Shown: one piece after another, positions 46,145 through 59,145 of the stretch
How positions within the stretch are numbered: position 1 is the stretch's first letter
Layout: each line of letters opens with the position of its first letter
Assembly (NCBI GenBank): GCA_965221695.1
Contig: OZ244905.1
Coordinates: 762,355 to 826,354, forward strand
Reading direction: 5' to 3'
DNA length: 64,000 nucleotides
From: Gammaproteobacteria bacterium
Lineage (GTDB): Bacteria > Pseudomonadota > Gammaproteobacteria > Eutrophobiales > Eutrophobiaceae
Notes under the pieces: generated by a model
The model's database searches: none
The model's input: only the letters and a program-made list of their open reading frames with translations
Told to the model about the DNA's origin: nothing
Translations under genes and position numbers: made by a program

Positions 46145-48394
46145 GTGCCAACATTAGATCACAAGCTCGTAGAAATTGCACTTGAACATACAGGTGGGAC
46201 TGAGTTTGAGAAGTTTTGCCAGACTTTTTTCACAAATGTGGTGGGTGTCGAATTAGTTCCCTTGGGTGGGATGCATGATGGTGGAGCTGATGCTTTCTTA
46301 GGTGAAGGCTTGCTCCAAGGCAGTCATACCAAGCCTGATGTTTTCTTTCAAGCAACAACTCAAGCAGACCACCGTTCTAAAATTCGAGCAGACCACCGTT
46401 CTAAAATTCGACACACCGTTGAAAGATTACGAAAAGTCGGACGACAGCCCAAACTTGTTAACTATTGTACATCTCGCATGATAGGCATGATTGACAAGGA
46501 AGAAGAGGCGCTTTCAAATGAACTAAATGTCGATGTTAGAATTAGAGATCGTAACTGGATTGTCAGCAATATAAATCACTCTCCACAGACAATTGCGGCT
46601 TTCAATAGCTATTTAGCGCCATCGCTAAGTTTCCTTGAGGATTTCAATACATCCTTGAAAATAAAAGTATTGCCCGATATATCTGCACGTACTATGTGTG
46701 TATTTCTGGGGCAAGAAATAGACCGGCGGCGTGGCAATACAGATCTTCTTGAGGCGGTAACTGATAGCTTAATCTTATGGGCATTAGAAGATACTGACCC
46801 AGACACCAAAATTTTTATGAAGCGCCAAGATATTATAAATAAAATTGAAGGAACATTGCCTTCTGCAAAACAGTTCATCCGCGGCGTATTTGATAACCGA
46901 ATAAGACTATTAGCATCCAAAACTAATACTACAGGTAGAGAGATCCGTTGGTATAAGAAAGAAGATAAATTTTGTCTCCCGTATGAAACTCGTAAAATCA
47001 TAATAAATGAAAAAACTGAGGATGAATTCTTAAAAATTAAAGTCATGGATCTATACAGAAAAAGAGCCAATGAGTGTCTTAATGAGGAAACAATTGCACT
47101 TTCTGATGAGGTTGCAAACATCGCACACAGGGCGCTCGAACTGACGTTTGAAAATGAGGGGCTATTACTGGCTGCTTTTCTGACGGGAGAAAATACTCAA
47201 AACCAATACGATGGCACGATCTCAGATCAAGTTGATGAAGCCATTAATGAAACTAAACTGACCGGTGAAACCGCAACTAGTTACAAGGAGGTAGCACTGT
47301 CGATTCTTCGGCAAGCTTTTTACAAAAGTACAGAAGAAGAACGCATATATTATGGCAAACTTTCCCGCACCTATACTCTAATGTTCACATTACGCAATGA
47401 GCCGAGAATCGTTGAATATTTCAAAAGTATGTCATCAAATTTTGTTTTGTTCATTGGCTCCGACATCATCATCCGAGCGCTATCAGAGAGATATTTGGCA
47501 CCTGAAGATCAGATGACTATCAATATGCTGTATATTCTTCAAGATGCAGGCTCCTCCCTTATCCTAACCCAAATGGCAGTCAGAGAAGTTCAAGCTCACT
47601 TGAGAGCCACAAATCAGGAATTCCAGAATTACTTCGTAAGCTTGGAGCACAATGTCGACAAAGAAATTGCTCGTCACTCCGATAAAATTTTGATCCGTTC
47701 TTATTTCTATGCAAAATTTAATCCATCACTAGATTCAAAGCCCAATAGTTGGCGAGATTTCGCTGGACAGATTTGTAGCCACGAAAAACTTCATAAGACG
47801 GAAGAATCCAGGATTGAGGTGAAGAATTATTTAATTGAAAAATTCAATTTCGAGTATTTAGATGACAATGATTTGGAAAAGATCACAAATGAGAACGAAA
47901 TAAATAATCTTGCTGAAAAACTTACAGAAATCAAATCAGAGGAAGTACTAGCCCTTAACGATGCAAAACATATTCTTGGAGTCTATGGAAAACGTCGTGA
48001 CCTGCGAGAAAATCATATATCTAATCCTTATGGATATCGAACTTGGTGGCTTACGCATGAAACTAAGGTCCGAAGCGTCACTAAAGATATTGTTGATAAT
48101 CAGGGGGCAGAATATATCATCCGTCCCGAATTTATCCTGAATTTCATCGCGCTTTCACCAACAATGGCGCAAGTGCGCAAAAGTTATAATACCATTTTCC
48201 CCACTCTTTTAGGTATCAGGTTATCTAATAGAATGAGGAAAGATATTTTCCAAAAAGTAATGGGAAAAGTACAGGAAGTAAGAAGAATTGATGATGCACG
48301 CGCCAAAGCCAAGCTTGCACAGATGTCAAACGATCTAAAAGGTGACAATTTCAAGCAGTATGAAAATAATTTTGAACTCCTTTTTCAAGAATAA
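46145..48394 (+). CDS. Large hypothetical protein with an N-terminal Mrr-like (PD-(D/E)xK restriction-endonuclease) domain; candidate defence protein; low GC
   Basis: 749 aa. N-terminus TGGTEFEKFCQTFFTNVVGVELVPLGGMHDGGADAF resembles the Mrr catalytic-domain signature (…FE.F…G..V…GG.DGG.D…). About 650 further residues have no recognisable motif. GC content is visibly much lower than in the flanking genes. Contains a perfect in-frame 24-bp tandem duplication. Confidence 0.6.
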   Translation: MPTLDHKLVEIALEHTGGTEFEKFCQTFFTNVVGVELVPLGGMHDGGADAFLGEGLLQGSHTKPDVFFQATTQADHRSKIRADHRSKIRHTVERLRKVGRQPKLVNYCTSRMIGMIDKEEEALSNELNVDVRIRDRNWIVSNINHSPQTIAAFNSYLAPSLSFLEDFNTSLKIKVLPDISARTMCVFLGQEIDRRRGNTDLLEAVTDSLILWALEDTDPDTKIFMKRQDIINKIEGTLPSAKQFIRGVFDNRIRLLASKTNTTGREIRWYKKEDKFCLPYETRKIIINEKTEDEFLKIKVMDLYRKRANECLNEETIALSDEVANIAHRALELTFENEGLLLAAFLTGENTQNQYDGTISDQVDEAINETKLTGETATSYKEVALSILRQAFYKSTEEERIYYGKLSRTYTLMFTLRNEPRIVEYFKSMSSNFVLFIGSDIIIRALSERYLAPEDQMTINMLYILQDAGSSLILTQMAVREVQAHLRATNQEFQNYFVSLEHNVDKEIARHSDKILIRSYFYAKFNPSLDSKPNSWRDFAGQICSHEKLHKTEESRIEVKNYLIEKFNFEYLDDNDLEKITNENEINNLAEKLTEIKSEEVLALNDAKHILGVYGKRRDLRENHISNPYGYRTWWLTHETKVRSVTKDIVDNQGAEYIIRPEFILNFIALSPTMAQVRKSYNTIFPTLLGIRLSNRMRKDIFQKVMGKVQEVRRIDDARAKAKLAQMSNDLKGDNFKQYENNFELLFQE
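46364..46411 (+). repeat. Perfect 24-bp tandem duplication (GCAGACCACCGTTCTAAAATTCGA x2) inside the 749-aa ORF, encoding ADHRSKIR x2
   Basis: Direct read of the sequence at 46364-46387 and 46388-46411. The duplication is in frame. Confidence 0.9.
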
Positions 48395-48449
48395 TCCAGA
48401 GGGTGTACTGAGCGCATGCAAGTGTCGTCGTGATTAATGCTTAAATCCA

Positions 48450-48836
48450 ATGCAAACATTGCAAACAAACTCAGATATTCCGGATGACACTGCAGCGGTC
48501 ATCGAGGGTAAACACAGGACGGGTTTAACTGTTGTTCCTGACGGCTACAGGGTAAAAAAGTTGGCTGAAGTGAAAAACTATCTAAACCACAATATGGATC
48601 TGTTGGGTTTTTTATCGTCGCTGCCCGCATCTATCTCTAAATCGAAAGGCGTGGAATCCATTGACCTGGAGTTCTATCATGATATTGAGGAACATTGGGA
48701 TAAGCTGTTTGTAGTCGTCAACACTCAAATCGAAGATATGGATGAACTCGATGCCCTGGAAGACTCATTATATTCTTCTTTGTTTGAACCCAAGGATGAT
48801 ATGCTATCAGGTCGAGTGGTGCTATCCGTAGGATGA
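48450..48836 (+). CDS. Hypothetical protein (acidic C-terminus)
   Basis: 128-aa ORF with no recognised motif. The HEPN-like ORF follows 4 nt downstream. Confidence 0.4.
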   Translation: MQTLQTNSDIPDDTAAVIEGKHRTGLTVVPDGYRVKKLAEVKNYLNHNMDLLGFLSSLPASISKSKGVESIDLEFYHDIEEHWDKLFVVVNTQIEDMDELDALEDSLYSSLFEPKDDMLSGRVVLSVG

Positions 48837-48839
48837 CCT

Positions 48840-49061
48840 ATGCCGATTGAACCAAGGGACATGGTTGCGTACGCGCATGGGATGCTTAAAACAGCAGGAT
48901 CAGAAATCGAGTATAGAAACGTTGTAAATCGCGCCTATTATGGGGCTTTTATCACCGCCAGAGACTTTGCAGAAATTACTACCGATAGCGGGAGCGTACA
49001 TCGTGAAGTCGTTGAGCACTACCGCGTCGATGTAGTTACTCATGTGGCGGGTGGCGCGTAA
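48840..49061 (+). CDS. Small HEPN-like protein (possible HepT-type toxin domain); conflicts with an antisense ORF
   Basis: 73 aa. RAYYGAFITARDF resembles the HEPN helix. C-terminal R-x4-H-x-Y (VHREVVEHYRVD) resembles the HEPN RX4-6H nuclease motif. AGGATGA RBS. Overlaps the minus-strand ORF 48900-49163 by 162 bp. Confidence 0.3.
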   Translation: MPIEPRDMVAYAHGMLKTAGSEIEYRNVVNRAYYGAFITARDFAEITTDSGSVHREVVEHYRVDVVTHVAGGA

Positions 49062-49163
49062 CAGCTTGTCTATCTCTTTATCGGTCCTGGCCTGTGAAAT
49101 AGCAAGTTTATCCAAGGAAGCCGATATGTCCGCCAAGGACCGGAGAGTTTTTTCTTCATTCAT
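48900..49163 (-). CDS. Alternative small hypothetical ORF antisense to the HEPN-like ORF
   Basis: 87 aa. Strong AAAGGAG RBS 8 nt upstream of the ATG. No motif recognised. It is mutually exclusive with the plus-strand HEPN-like ORF over 162 bp. Confidence 0.3.
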   Translation of the reverse strand: MNEEKTLRSLADISASLDKLAISQARTDKEIDKLLRATRHMSNYIDAVVLNDFTMYAPAIGSNFCKVSGGDKSPIIGAIYNVSILDF

Positions 49164-49616
49164 GATGAGATCTCCTTTCTGGGATAACCGGAATAATCAG
49201 GATCGAGGCACACACCCAACGGCGTGTCCGGCAGTATTGTCGCATGTTCCCGGTGCAATGAATATGTGAAAGGCTCGGTATGTGTGCCCCAGGTCGGAAT
49301 GCAGTATAATCAACTTTCCTTGATATTTTGTCAGCCCGCACAAATTACAATACAAATATGAAACAGGCTGATTTCAAACAACCGGCCCAACGAATTTATC
49401 GCGCCCGGCAAACAGAAGGTGTGGAATGCAGACTGGAGTTCCACAGGCAGGATAGATCGTTCCGGTTCATCGACTCACTGTGCTGGTAGGATAGACGAAG
49501 CGCCAGAGGCAGGATGATTCGGGTGGAATTTATAGCGGTAGATACGACTGCTGACCCTGAGAGTGCAGGCAATAAAGTCAAGCGCCTCCGTAGTGCCGCA
49601 ATCAAGTAACAAGCAT

Positions 49617-51164
49617 ATGGCAAAGCCAGAAAAAAACAAAGGCGCTCATCTCGGGTTCGAGTCGAAGCTCTGGGCGACCGCGGACAAGTTGCGCGGCAAC
49701 ATGGAACCGTCCGACTACAAGCATGTCGCTCTCGGCCTGATCTTCCTCAAGTACATCTCGGACGCTTTCGAAGCAAAGCGAAGCGAGTTGCTAAAGAACA
49801 AGAATGCCGATGCCGAGGATCCGCTGGAATATCTCGCCTATAACCTCTTCTGGGTTCCTAAGGCAGCTCGCTGGTCGCGTCTGCAGGCCAGAGCCAAGCA
49901 GACGACGATTGGCAAAGACATCGACGATGCCATGCTAGCCATTGAAGCCAGCAATACCTCGCTCAAGGGCGTCCTGCCGAAAGATTACGCCCGACCGGCG
50001 CTCAATAAGGTCATGCTCGGCGAACTGATCGACCTGGTGAGCGGCATCGGCATGGCCGAAGAGGCGGACCGCTCCCGCGACATACTCGGGCGGGTGTACG
50101 AGTACTTCCTCGGCGGCTTTGCCGGGGCGGAAGGCAAGCGAGGCGGCGAGTTCTACACGCCCCGCTCCGTCGTCCGGCTACTGGTCGAAATGCTGGAGCC
50201 TTACAAGGGCCGCGTCTATGACCCCTGCTGCGGTTCCGGCGGCATGTTCGTGCAGTCAGAGCGTTTCGTCGAGGAACACGGCGGACGCGTAGGCGACATT
50301 GCTATCTACGGCCAGGAAAGCAACTACACGACCTGGCGTCTCGCCAAGATGAACCTTGCGGTGCGCGGTATCGACGCCGATATCCGCTGGAACAATGAAG
50401 GCAGCTTCCACAAAGACGAACTACCGGACCTCAAGGCCGACTTCATCCTGGCCAATCCACCCTTCAATGTCTCCGATTGGGGTGGCGACCGGCTACGCGA
50501 CGATGTCCGCTGGACGTTCGGCGTGCCACCGGTAGGCAACGCCAACTACGCCTGGCTCCAGCACATCCACCATCACCTTGCACCCAATGGATCAGCAGGG
50601 GTGGTACTCGCTAACGGTTCCATGTCCACCACAACGTCAGGTGAAGGAGACATCCGTCGCGCCATGGTCGAAGCCGATGCGGTGGATTGTATGATCGCAC
50701 TGCCGGGACAGCTCTTCTATTCGACACAGATCCCCGCTTGCCTCTGGTTCCTCGCTCGCAACAAGAATCCTGGCCAAGGTCAACGTGACCGGCGCGGCGA
50801 GGTGCTGTTCATCGACGCCCGCAAGGTCGGGCACATGGTCGACCGGACCCGTAAGGAGTTTTCTGACGAGGATATCGCACGGATCGCAGATTGCTACCAT
50901 ACCTGGCGCGGAGAACCCGACATGGCCCTATATGAAGATGAACCGGGCTTTTGCAAGTCCGCCACGCTGGAGGAGATTACGAAACACGGCCACGTTCTGA
51001 CACCCGGCCGCTATGTTGGTGCTGCGGCAATCAAAGATGATGACGTGCCATTTGAGGAGCGGTTCGCGGAGTTAAAGGAGACGCTGGCTGAGCAATTCAC
51101 CGAGTCCCGAAACCTGACCAAGATCATTCAGAATAAACTGGACGAAATCGGTACTCATGAATAG
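49617..51164 (+). CDS. hsdM: Type I restriction-modification system DNA methyltransferase subunit HsdM
   Basis: N-terminal [38 protein letters not shown] motif. N6-adenine MTase catalytic motif NPPFN ([12 protein letters not shown]). Preferred start is the ATG at 49617. Confidence 0.9.
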   Translation: MAKPEKNKGAHLGFESKLWATADKLRGNMEPSDYKHVALGLIFLKYISDAFEAKRSELLKNKNADAEDPLEYLAYNLFWVPKAARWSRLQARAKQTTIGKDIDDAMLAIEASNTSLKGVLPKDYARPALNKVMLGELIDLVSGIGMAEEADRSRDILGRVYEYFLGGFAGAEGKRGGEFYTPRSVVRLLVEMLEPYKGRVYDPCCGSGGMFVQSERFVEEHGGRVGDIAIYGQESNYTTWRLAKMNLAVRGIDADIRWNNEGSFHKDELPDLKADFILANPPFNVSDWGGDRLRDDVRWTFGVPPVGNANYAWLQHIHHHLAPNGSAGVVLANGSMSTTTSGEGDIRRAMVEADAVDCMIALPGQLFYSTQIPACLWFLARNKNPGQGQRDRRGEVLFIDARKVGHMVDRTRKEFSDEDIARIADCYHTWRGEPDMALYEDEPGFCKSATLEEITKHGHVLTPGRYVGAAAIKDDDVPFEERFAELKETLAEQFTESRNLTKIIQNKLDEIGTHE

Positions 51165-52449
51165 ATGGTCCATACTTTCATTGCGGGACGTCGGTGTCGA
51201 GTTGATTGACTGTCTACACAAGACACCCGCAGCACAAACGGAGGGATATCCATACGTAGGTATTCCTCAGATGAGGGACGGATGGATAGACTTTGGCAGC
51301 GCTCGAAAGATATCACATGACGACTTTGTCGAATGGACGACGAAGGCAATGCCTCAACAACACGACGTAATTCTCTCGCGGCGTACAAATCCTGGGGTAA
51401 CGGCCATTGACAGGACAGGCACTGAATTCGCGCTCGGTCAGAATCTCGTCTTACTTCGCGCAGATGGCATCCAAATCGATCCACCATTTTTGAAATGGCT
51501 CGTACGCTCGCCTGCTTGGTGGCAGCAGGTTGAAAAATTCATGAACGTTGGCGCTGTATTCAACAGCTTGAGGTGTGCTGATGTGCCTAACTTCGAGCTC
51601 CCAGTTCCGCCCTTCGAGACTCAACGGCGAATGGGAAACTTGCTTGATGTCCTTGAAAGCGCAATTGACATGAATCGTCGAATGAACGAAACACTGGAGG
51701 CGATGGCTCGGGCAATCTTCAAGGACTGGTTCGTCGATTTCGGCCCCACGCGTGCCAAGGCTGAAGGGCGCGCTCCCTACCTCGCCCCCGACATCTGGGA
51801 TCTGTTCCCTGACGCACTGGACGACGAGGGCAAGCCGGTTGGATGGGATTGGTCAAAAATCGCGTCGATGGCGAGCACTAAGCTAGGAGGTACTCCTTCG
51901 CGCAAGAAACCCGAATTGTGGGGTGGCAGTGTGCCTTGGATAAACTCGGGAAAGGTCAATCAGCTCCGTGTGATATCCCCCAGCGAATTCATCACAACTG
52001 AAGGATTAGAGAATTCCTCGGCTAAGCTACTGCCCAAGAGAACGACTCTAATTGCCATTACTGGCGCCACTTTAGGCCAAGTTAGTCTTAGCGAGTGTGA
52101 GACTAGCACCAATCAATCTGTGGTTGGCATAGTCGGCAATGATCGAATGCTGAATGAGTTTCTATATTGTTGGATAAGAGAAAATATTGGCGAGCTTCTT
52201 GCGTTACAGACAGGTGCCGCTCAACAACACATCAACAAGGGCAATGTTGACCAATTAGCGGTTCTGTCTCCAGCCGCGGAAGTATTGAACTCTTGGGTTA
52301 GTCTGTCACGGCCGCTCTTTGACTTGATTGCGTTGAATTGCTTCGAAAGTGAAACCCTATCCGTAACTCGCGACCTTCTCCTTCCAAAACTCATGTCCGG
52401 CGAAATCCGTCTTCGGGATGCCGAAAGGGCTGTTGAGGCCGTGGCATGA
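51157..52449 (+). CDS. hsdS: Type I restriction-modification specificity subunit HsdS
   Basis: 430 aa. Two target-recognition-domain halves with conserved spacer helices. Overlaps hsdM by 8 nt. Confidence 0.8.
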   Translation: MNRWSILSLRDVGVELIDCLHKTPAAQTEGYPYVGIPQMRDGWIDFGSARKISHDDFVEWTTKAMPQQHDVILSRRTNPGVTAIDRTGTEFALGQNLVLLRADGIQIDPPFLKWLVRSPAWWQQVEKFMNVGAVFNSLRCADVPNFELPVPPFETQRRMGNLLDVLESAIDMNRRMNETLEAMARAIFKDWFVDFGPTRAKAEGRAPYLAPDIWDLFPDALDDEGKPVGWDWSKIASMASTKLGGTPSRKKPELWGGSVPWINSGKVNQLRVISPSEFITTEGLENSSAKLLPKRTTLIAITGATLGQVSLSECETSTNQSVVGIVGNDRMLNEFLYCWIRENIGELLALQTGAAQQHINKGNVDQLAVLSPAAEVLNSWVSLSRPLFDLIALNCFESETLSVTRDLLLPKLMSGEIRLRDAERAVEAVA

Positions 52450-53594
52450 TCCGCGTCCCCGTCAACCCCGATCTTCTGCGCTGGGCCCGCGAGCGCGCCA
52501 GAGTCACGCAGGATGACCTGACCGTTAAGTTCAAGAAGCTGCCCAGTTGGGAGGACGGAGAGGCGCAACCTACTCTCAAGCAATTGGAAAAGTTCGCTCG
52601 CGCCGTCCATGTGCCATTCGGTTACCTTTTTCTCACAGAGCCTCCCGAGGAACCTCTCCCGATTTCGGATTTTCGTACGGTCACGGATACTGCAACCGCC
52701 AGACCAAGTCCGGATTTGCTCGACACACTCTACGCCATGCAGCGGCGGCAGGCGTGGTTACGCGAATACCTCGTTGAGAACGACGCGGAGCCGCTGACAT
52801 TCGTGGCTAGCGCCCGACTTGCTGACGACCCAAGCGTCGTAGGTCGTGAAATGCGGCGCACCCTTGGTCTTGAAGAGGGTTGGGCCGAGGGAGTCACCAC
52901 TTGGCAAGATGCCGTGAATGAACTACGCCGCATGATCGAAGGGCTAGGCGTAATGGCCGTGATCAATGGCGTGGTCGGCAACAATACGCACCGTCGGTTG
53001 AGTGTGGCGGAGTTTCGCGGGTTCGCGCTCTCGGATCGCTACGCGCCCCTGCTCTTCGTGAATGGTGCGGATGCGAAGTCCGCCCAAATGTTCACACTGG
53101 CTCACGAACTGGCGCACATCTGGCTCGGTGAAGCGGGGATTTCCAATTTCGAGAACCTCCTTCCCGGCGGCATGAAGGTGGAAGATTGGTGCAACCAGGC
53201 AGCGGCCGAATTCCTCGTACCTTCGGGAGAGTTGCGGGAGCGATGGATTGAGGTGAGACGGGGACAGAATCCCTTCGAGGACCTTGCACGCTCGTTCAAG
53301 GTGAGCCCCGTGGTCGCCGCCCGTCGAGCTATGGACCTCAATCTCCTTGAGCGTAACGCCTTTTTCGATTTCTATCAGCGCTACTTCAACCAGGAACGCA
53401 GGCCTGGCAAGACATCGTCCGGAGGCGATTTCTACAACAACCAAAATGCGCGCGTCGGTAAGCTTTTCGCAACCTGTGTGATGAGAGCGGCTCTGGAAGG
53501 TCAAATCGGATTCAGAGTGGCTTACGAATTGACCGGTCTCCGGGGCGGAACATTTCAGGATTACGCCGGGCGATTGGGCATCAGGCTCCCGTGA
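52446..53594 (+). CDS. XRE-family HTH + ImmA/IrrE-family Zn-metallopeptidase (COG2856-like)
   Basis: 382 aa. N-terminal HTH region. Zinc-peptidase HExxH motif in FTLAHELAHIWLGE. 4-nt overlap with hsdS. Confidence 0.75.
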   Translation: MIRVPVNPDLLRWARERARVTQDDLTVKFKKLPSWEDGEAQPTLKQLEKFARAVHVPFGYLFLTEPPEEPLPISDFRTVTDTATARPSPDLLDTLYAMQRRQAWLREYLVENDAEPLTFVASARLADDPSVVGREMRRTLGLEEGWAEGVTTWQDAVNELRRMIEGLGVMAVINGVVGNNTHRRLSVAEFRGFALSDRYAPLLFVNGADAKSAQMFTLAHELAHIWLGEAGISNFENLLPGGMKVEDWCNQAAAEFLVPSGELRERWIEVRRGQNPFEDLARSFKVSPVVAARRAMDLNLLERNAFFDFYQRYFNQERRPGKTSSGGDFYNNQNARVGKLFATCVMRAALEGQIGFRVAYELTGLRGGTFQDYAGRLGIRLP

Positions 53595-54112
53595 TGGCAG
53601 ATCGACTCTATCTTGTAGACTCCGATGTCCTGATTACGGCGAAGAACCTTTACTATGCTTTCGATATTTGCCCGGGTTTTTGGAAGTGCTTGATTCAACG
53701 GCACCGGGAGGGTCTTGTTTTCAGCGTCGACCGGGTACGCAACGAACTGCTGGCAGGTCGCGAAACAGAGGAGCTTGTTCGCTGGGTCAGGAACGAAGTT
53801 CCGGAGGGTTTTTTCCTGGCTATGGATTCCGATGAGGTAGCTCGCGTCTATACGGAAATCATGTTGTGGGTACAGCGGCATCCGAATTACTTTGACCAGG
53901 CTAAGGCGCAATTCGCAACAAGCGCCGATGGCTGGCTCGTCGCATGCGCACAGGTGCGAAGTGCAACGGTTGTGACGAATGAGCAGCCTTCCCCGGAGTC
54001 CAGGAAAGTCGTAAAGCTGCCGGATGTCTGCGACAAGTTCAATGTTCCTTGGAGGAATACCTTTGAGATGCTTCGAGCGTTAGGGGCGCAGTTCGATTTG
54101 GAGAAGAGTTAG
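53591..54112 (+). CDS. DUF4411-family (PIN-like fold) protein, partner of the XRE/ImmA protein
   Basis: 173 aa. N-terminal LYLVDSDVLITAKNLYY (PIN-like acidic start). 4-nt overlap with the upstream gene. Confidence 0.65.
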   Translation: MMADRLYLVDSDVLITAKNLYYAFDICPGFWKCLIQRHREGLVFSVDRVRNELLAGRETEELVRWVRNEVPEGFFLAMDSDEVARVYTEIMLWVQRHPNYFDQAKAQFATSADGWLVACAQVRSATVVTNEQPSPESRKVVKLPDVCDKFNVPWRNTFEMLRALGAQFDLEKS

Positions 54113-54249
54113 ATGGCTGATGCCAGAGGCTGGAGAATCAAGATTCCGAATGCCTGCATCATGCTCGGCCTACGCTGCATGAACCCCGACGAGATGCTCC
54201 ATCGCGAGTGCGCAAGATTTATCCTGGGGACGAGAAGAGACACGGCCTG

Positions 54250-57525
<3,276 letters not shown>

Positions 57526-57573
57526 CCTCAAAGACCTTCGAGATACAGGTTCAGGACTATCTGGATAGGAACT

Positions 57574-57831
57574 TCACGAGGTTTCCCGAGTGAATATCCC
57601 CTCATGTATTTCCTCTTCGGCCACTGAGCGGTAGGCGTAGAGCAGGCAGGCGTGAATGTCCTCCGGTTCCAGGATAGGATATTCACTTAAGATCGTATCC
57701 ACTGTGTCTCCTGCGGCAAGTTTTGCCAGGACATGTTCTACAGCGAATCGCATGCCGCGAATAATCGGTTTACCACCGAAGATGTCGGGGCGAACAGAGA
57801 TACGGTTGAGTAGTTCGGTCTCTTGAGTCAT
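57574..57831 (-). CDS. DUF433-family small protein (antitoxin-like); no cognate PIN/DUF5615 partner in the window
   Basis: 85 aa. ISVRPDIFGGKPIIRGMRFAVEHVL matches the DUF433 signature. Confidence 0.65.
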   Translation of the reverse strand: MTQETELLNRISVRPDIFGGKPIIRGMRFAVEHVLAKLAAGDTVDTILSEYPILEPEDIHACLLYAYRSVAEEEIHEGIFTRETS

Positions 57832-57879
57832 GGTTACCTCCCTCGGTCGTATTCTCTCGTTCCTTTATTATTGCCATTA

Positions 57880-57911
57880 TAATGCACAAATTTTGCAAAA
57901 TTTGTGCATTA
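57880..57911. promoter_or_regulatory. Perfect 32-bp palindrome TAATGCACAAATTTTGCAAAATTTGTGCATTA abutting a TATAAT box, upstream of the DUF433 gene
   Basis: The reverse complement is identical. TATAAT lies immediately adjacent and is oriented for minus-strand transcription. Located 49-80 bp upstream of the DUF433 start codon. Confidence 0.6.
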
Positions 57912-57976
57912 CAAGCTTTCCTGTAACCAACTTCCCGTTCTTACGGCAGATGCCGATGGGGAGGCGGAAGAAGTCC

Positions 57977-59131
57977 CTAGAATGAATCCTCACCCCCGAT
58001 ATAGCCCTTGATGGGTACCCCGGACAGGGGTTCGCCGCCGTCTTTGCCTACCCGGTAGGTTTCCTGGAAGTACAGTGAGTGGGTGCGTTCCTGGTTCATG
58101 AAGTGCGGGTGCATTGAGCAGACCATGTTCTCCGGCAGTACGAAGTCAAAGCCCTCGCCTATCCTGGGCATTTCGATCATGGTCATGCCGATGGAGTGGC
58201 CGCAAACATGGCCTGAGCGGTAGCCGCGGTCGAAGATCGGCTTCATGCAGGCGTTGCTGGCTGCCTCGGCGGTGTTGCCGGCCTTCATATGCTCTTTGGC
58301 AAGTTCATGGAACTCCTGGTAAGCGGTCATCATTTCTGCGGTAGTCGCATCCATGCCTTGGGGGAACACGGGGCGGGAGAATTCGACCCAGTGGCCGCCC
58401 TCGCCGGAGACCTCGAGCCCGTACATCATACCGTCGCTGTCCTGTATGGGCCGTTGGGTGGGAAACACCATCTGCGGTTCCAGGGAGCCGTTGGGTCCCA
58501 TCTGTATCATGTCCATGGTGTTGCGGGCGCAACCGGCCGCGGCAAAAGTATTCTCGGCAATGCCCATCAGTTCCGCTTCCGTTTTGCCCGGCCCGTAGGC
58601 GCGGATCACATCCAGCACACCTTGCTTGTTGATCTCCATCGAATGGCGCACCGACGCGATTTCCTCCTCGCTCTTCTGCGCGCGGGCATAGTCGAACTGG
58701 ATTTCAAAATCGATAATCTCGAAGTCTTTTGCCGCCAGCGCGGAATAATCACGCACGTTGATGATGTATTGCAGGCCGTAGATGCCCAGCCGTTTCACCC
58801 CACTGCCCTGCAGAAACTCCGCCATCCACTCGCCGCAATGGGGGGGGAACTCGCGTTGTTCTATGAAGGTCGCGGTATGATCGCCCACCCAGGTCGCTTC
58901 CCGAGGAAATACGCACACGGGGTCGCCGTCGGCGGGGATAACCACGTACGCATAGCGGTGCAGGATCAGGAACCCGCACAGGTAACGCACTGCGCCCTCG
59001 AACCCGGTATATTCGCTGCCGCTGACCACCAGCGCGTCCAGTCCTTCTTTTTCCATAGCCGCGCGCACGTTCGCGTAACGGCGCTCTATCTCGGCCTGGC
59101 TGGGGCGAAAACGGTTAATATAATCAGTCAT
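57977..59131 (-). CDS. M24-family metallohydrolase (creatinase / Xaa-Pro peptidase-like)
   Basis: 384 aa. N-terminal creatinase-like domain. C-terminal pita-bread fold with metal-ligand His/Glu pattern (…HGLGH-like GHSIGM…E…). Confidence 0.75.
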   Translation of the reverse strand: MTDYINRFRPSQAEIERRYANVRAAMEKEGLDALVVSGSEYTGFEGAVRYLCGFLILHRYAYVVIPADGDPVCVFPREATWVGDHTATFIEQREFPPHCGEWMAEFLQGSGVKRLGIYGLQYIINVRDYSALAAKDFEIIDFEIQFDYARAQKSEEEIASVRHSMEINKQGVLDVIRAYGPGKTEAELMGIAENTFAAAGCARNTMDMIQMGPNGSLEPQMVFPTQRPIQDSDGMMYGLEVSGEGGHWVEFSRPVFPQGMDATTAEMMTAYQEFHELAKEHMKAGNTAEAASNACMKPIFDRGYRSGHVCGHSIGMTMIEMPRIGEGFDFVLPENMVCSMHPHFMNQERTHSLYFQETYRVGKDGGEPLSGVPIKGYIGGEDSF

Positions 59132-59145
59132 TTCTTGTTTCCTCT

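Noticed and set aside
49062-49562. 500-bp gene-poor stretch before hsdM as a possible ncRNA or tRNA locus
   Set aside because: No tRNA-like T-arm/acceptor features or conserved RNA motif are recognisable by eye. Only short, unsupported ORFs are present.
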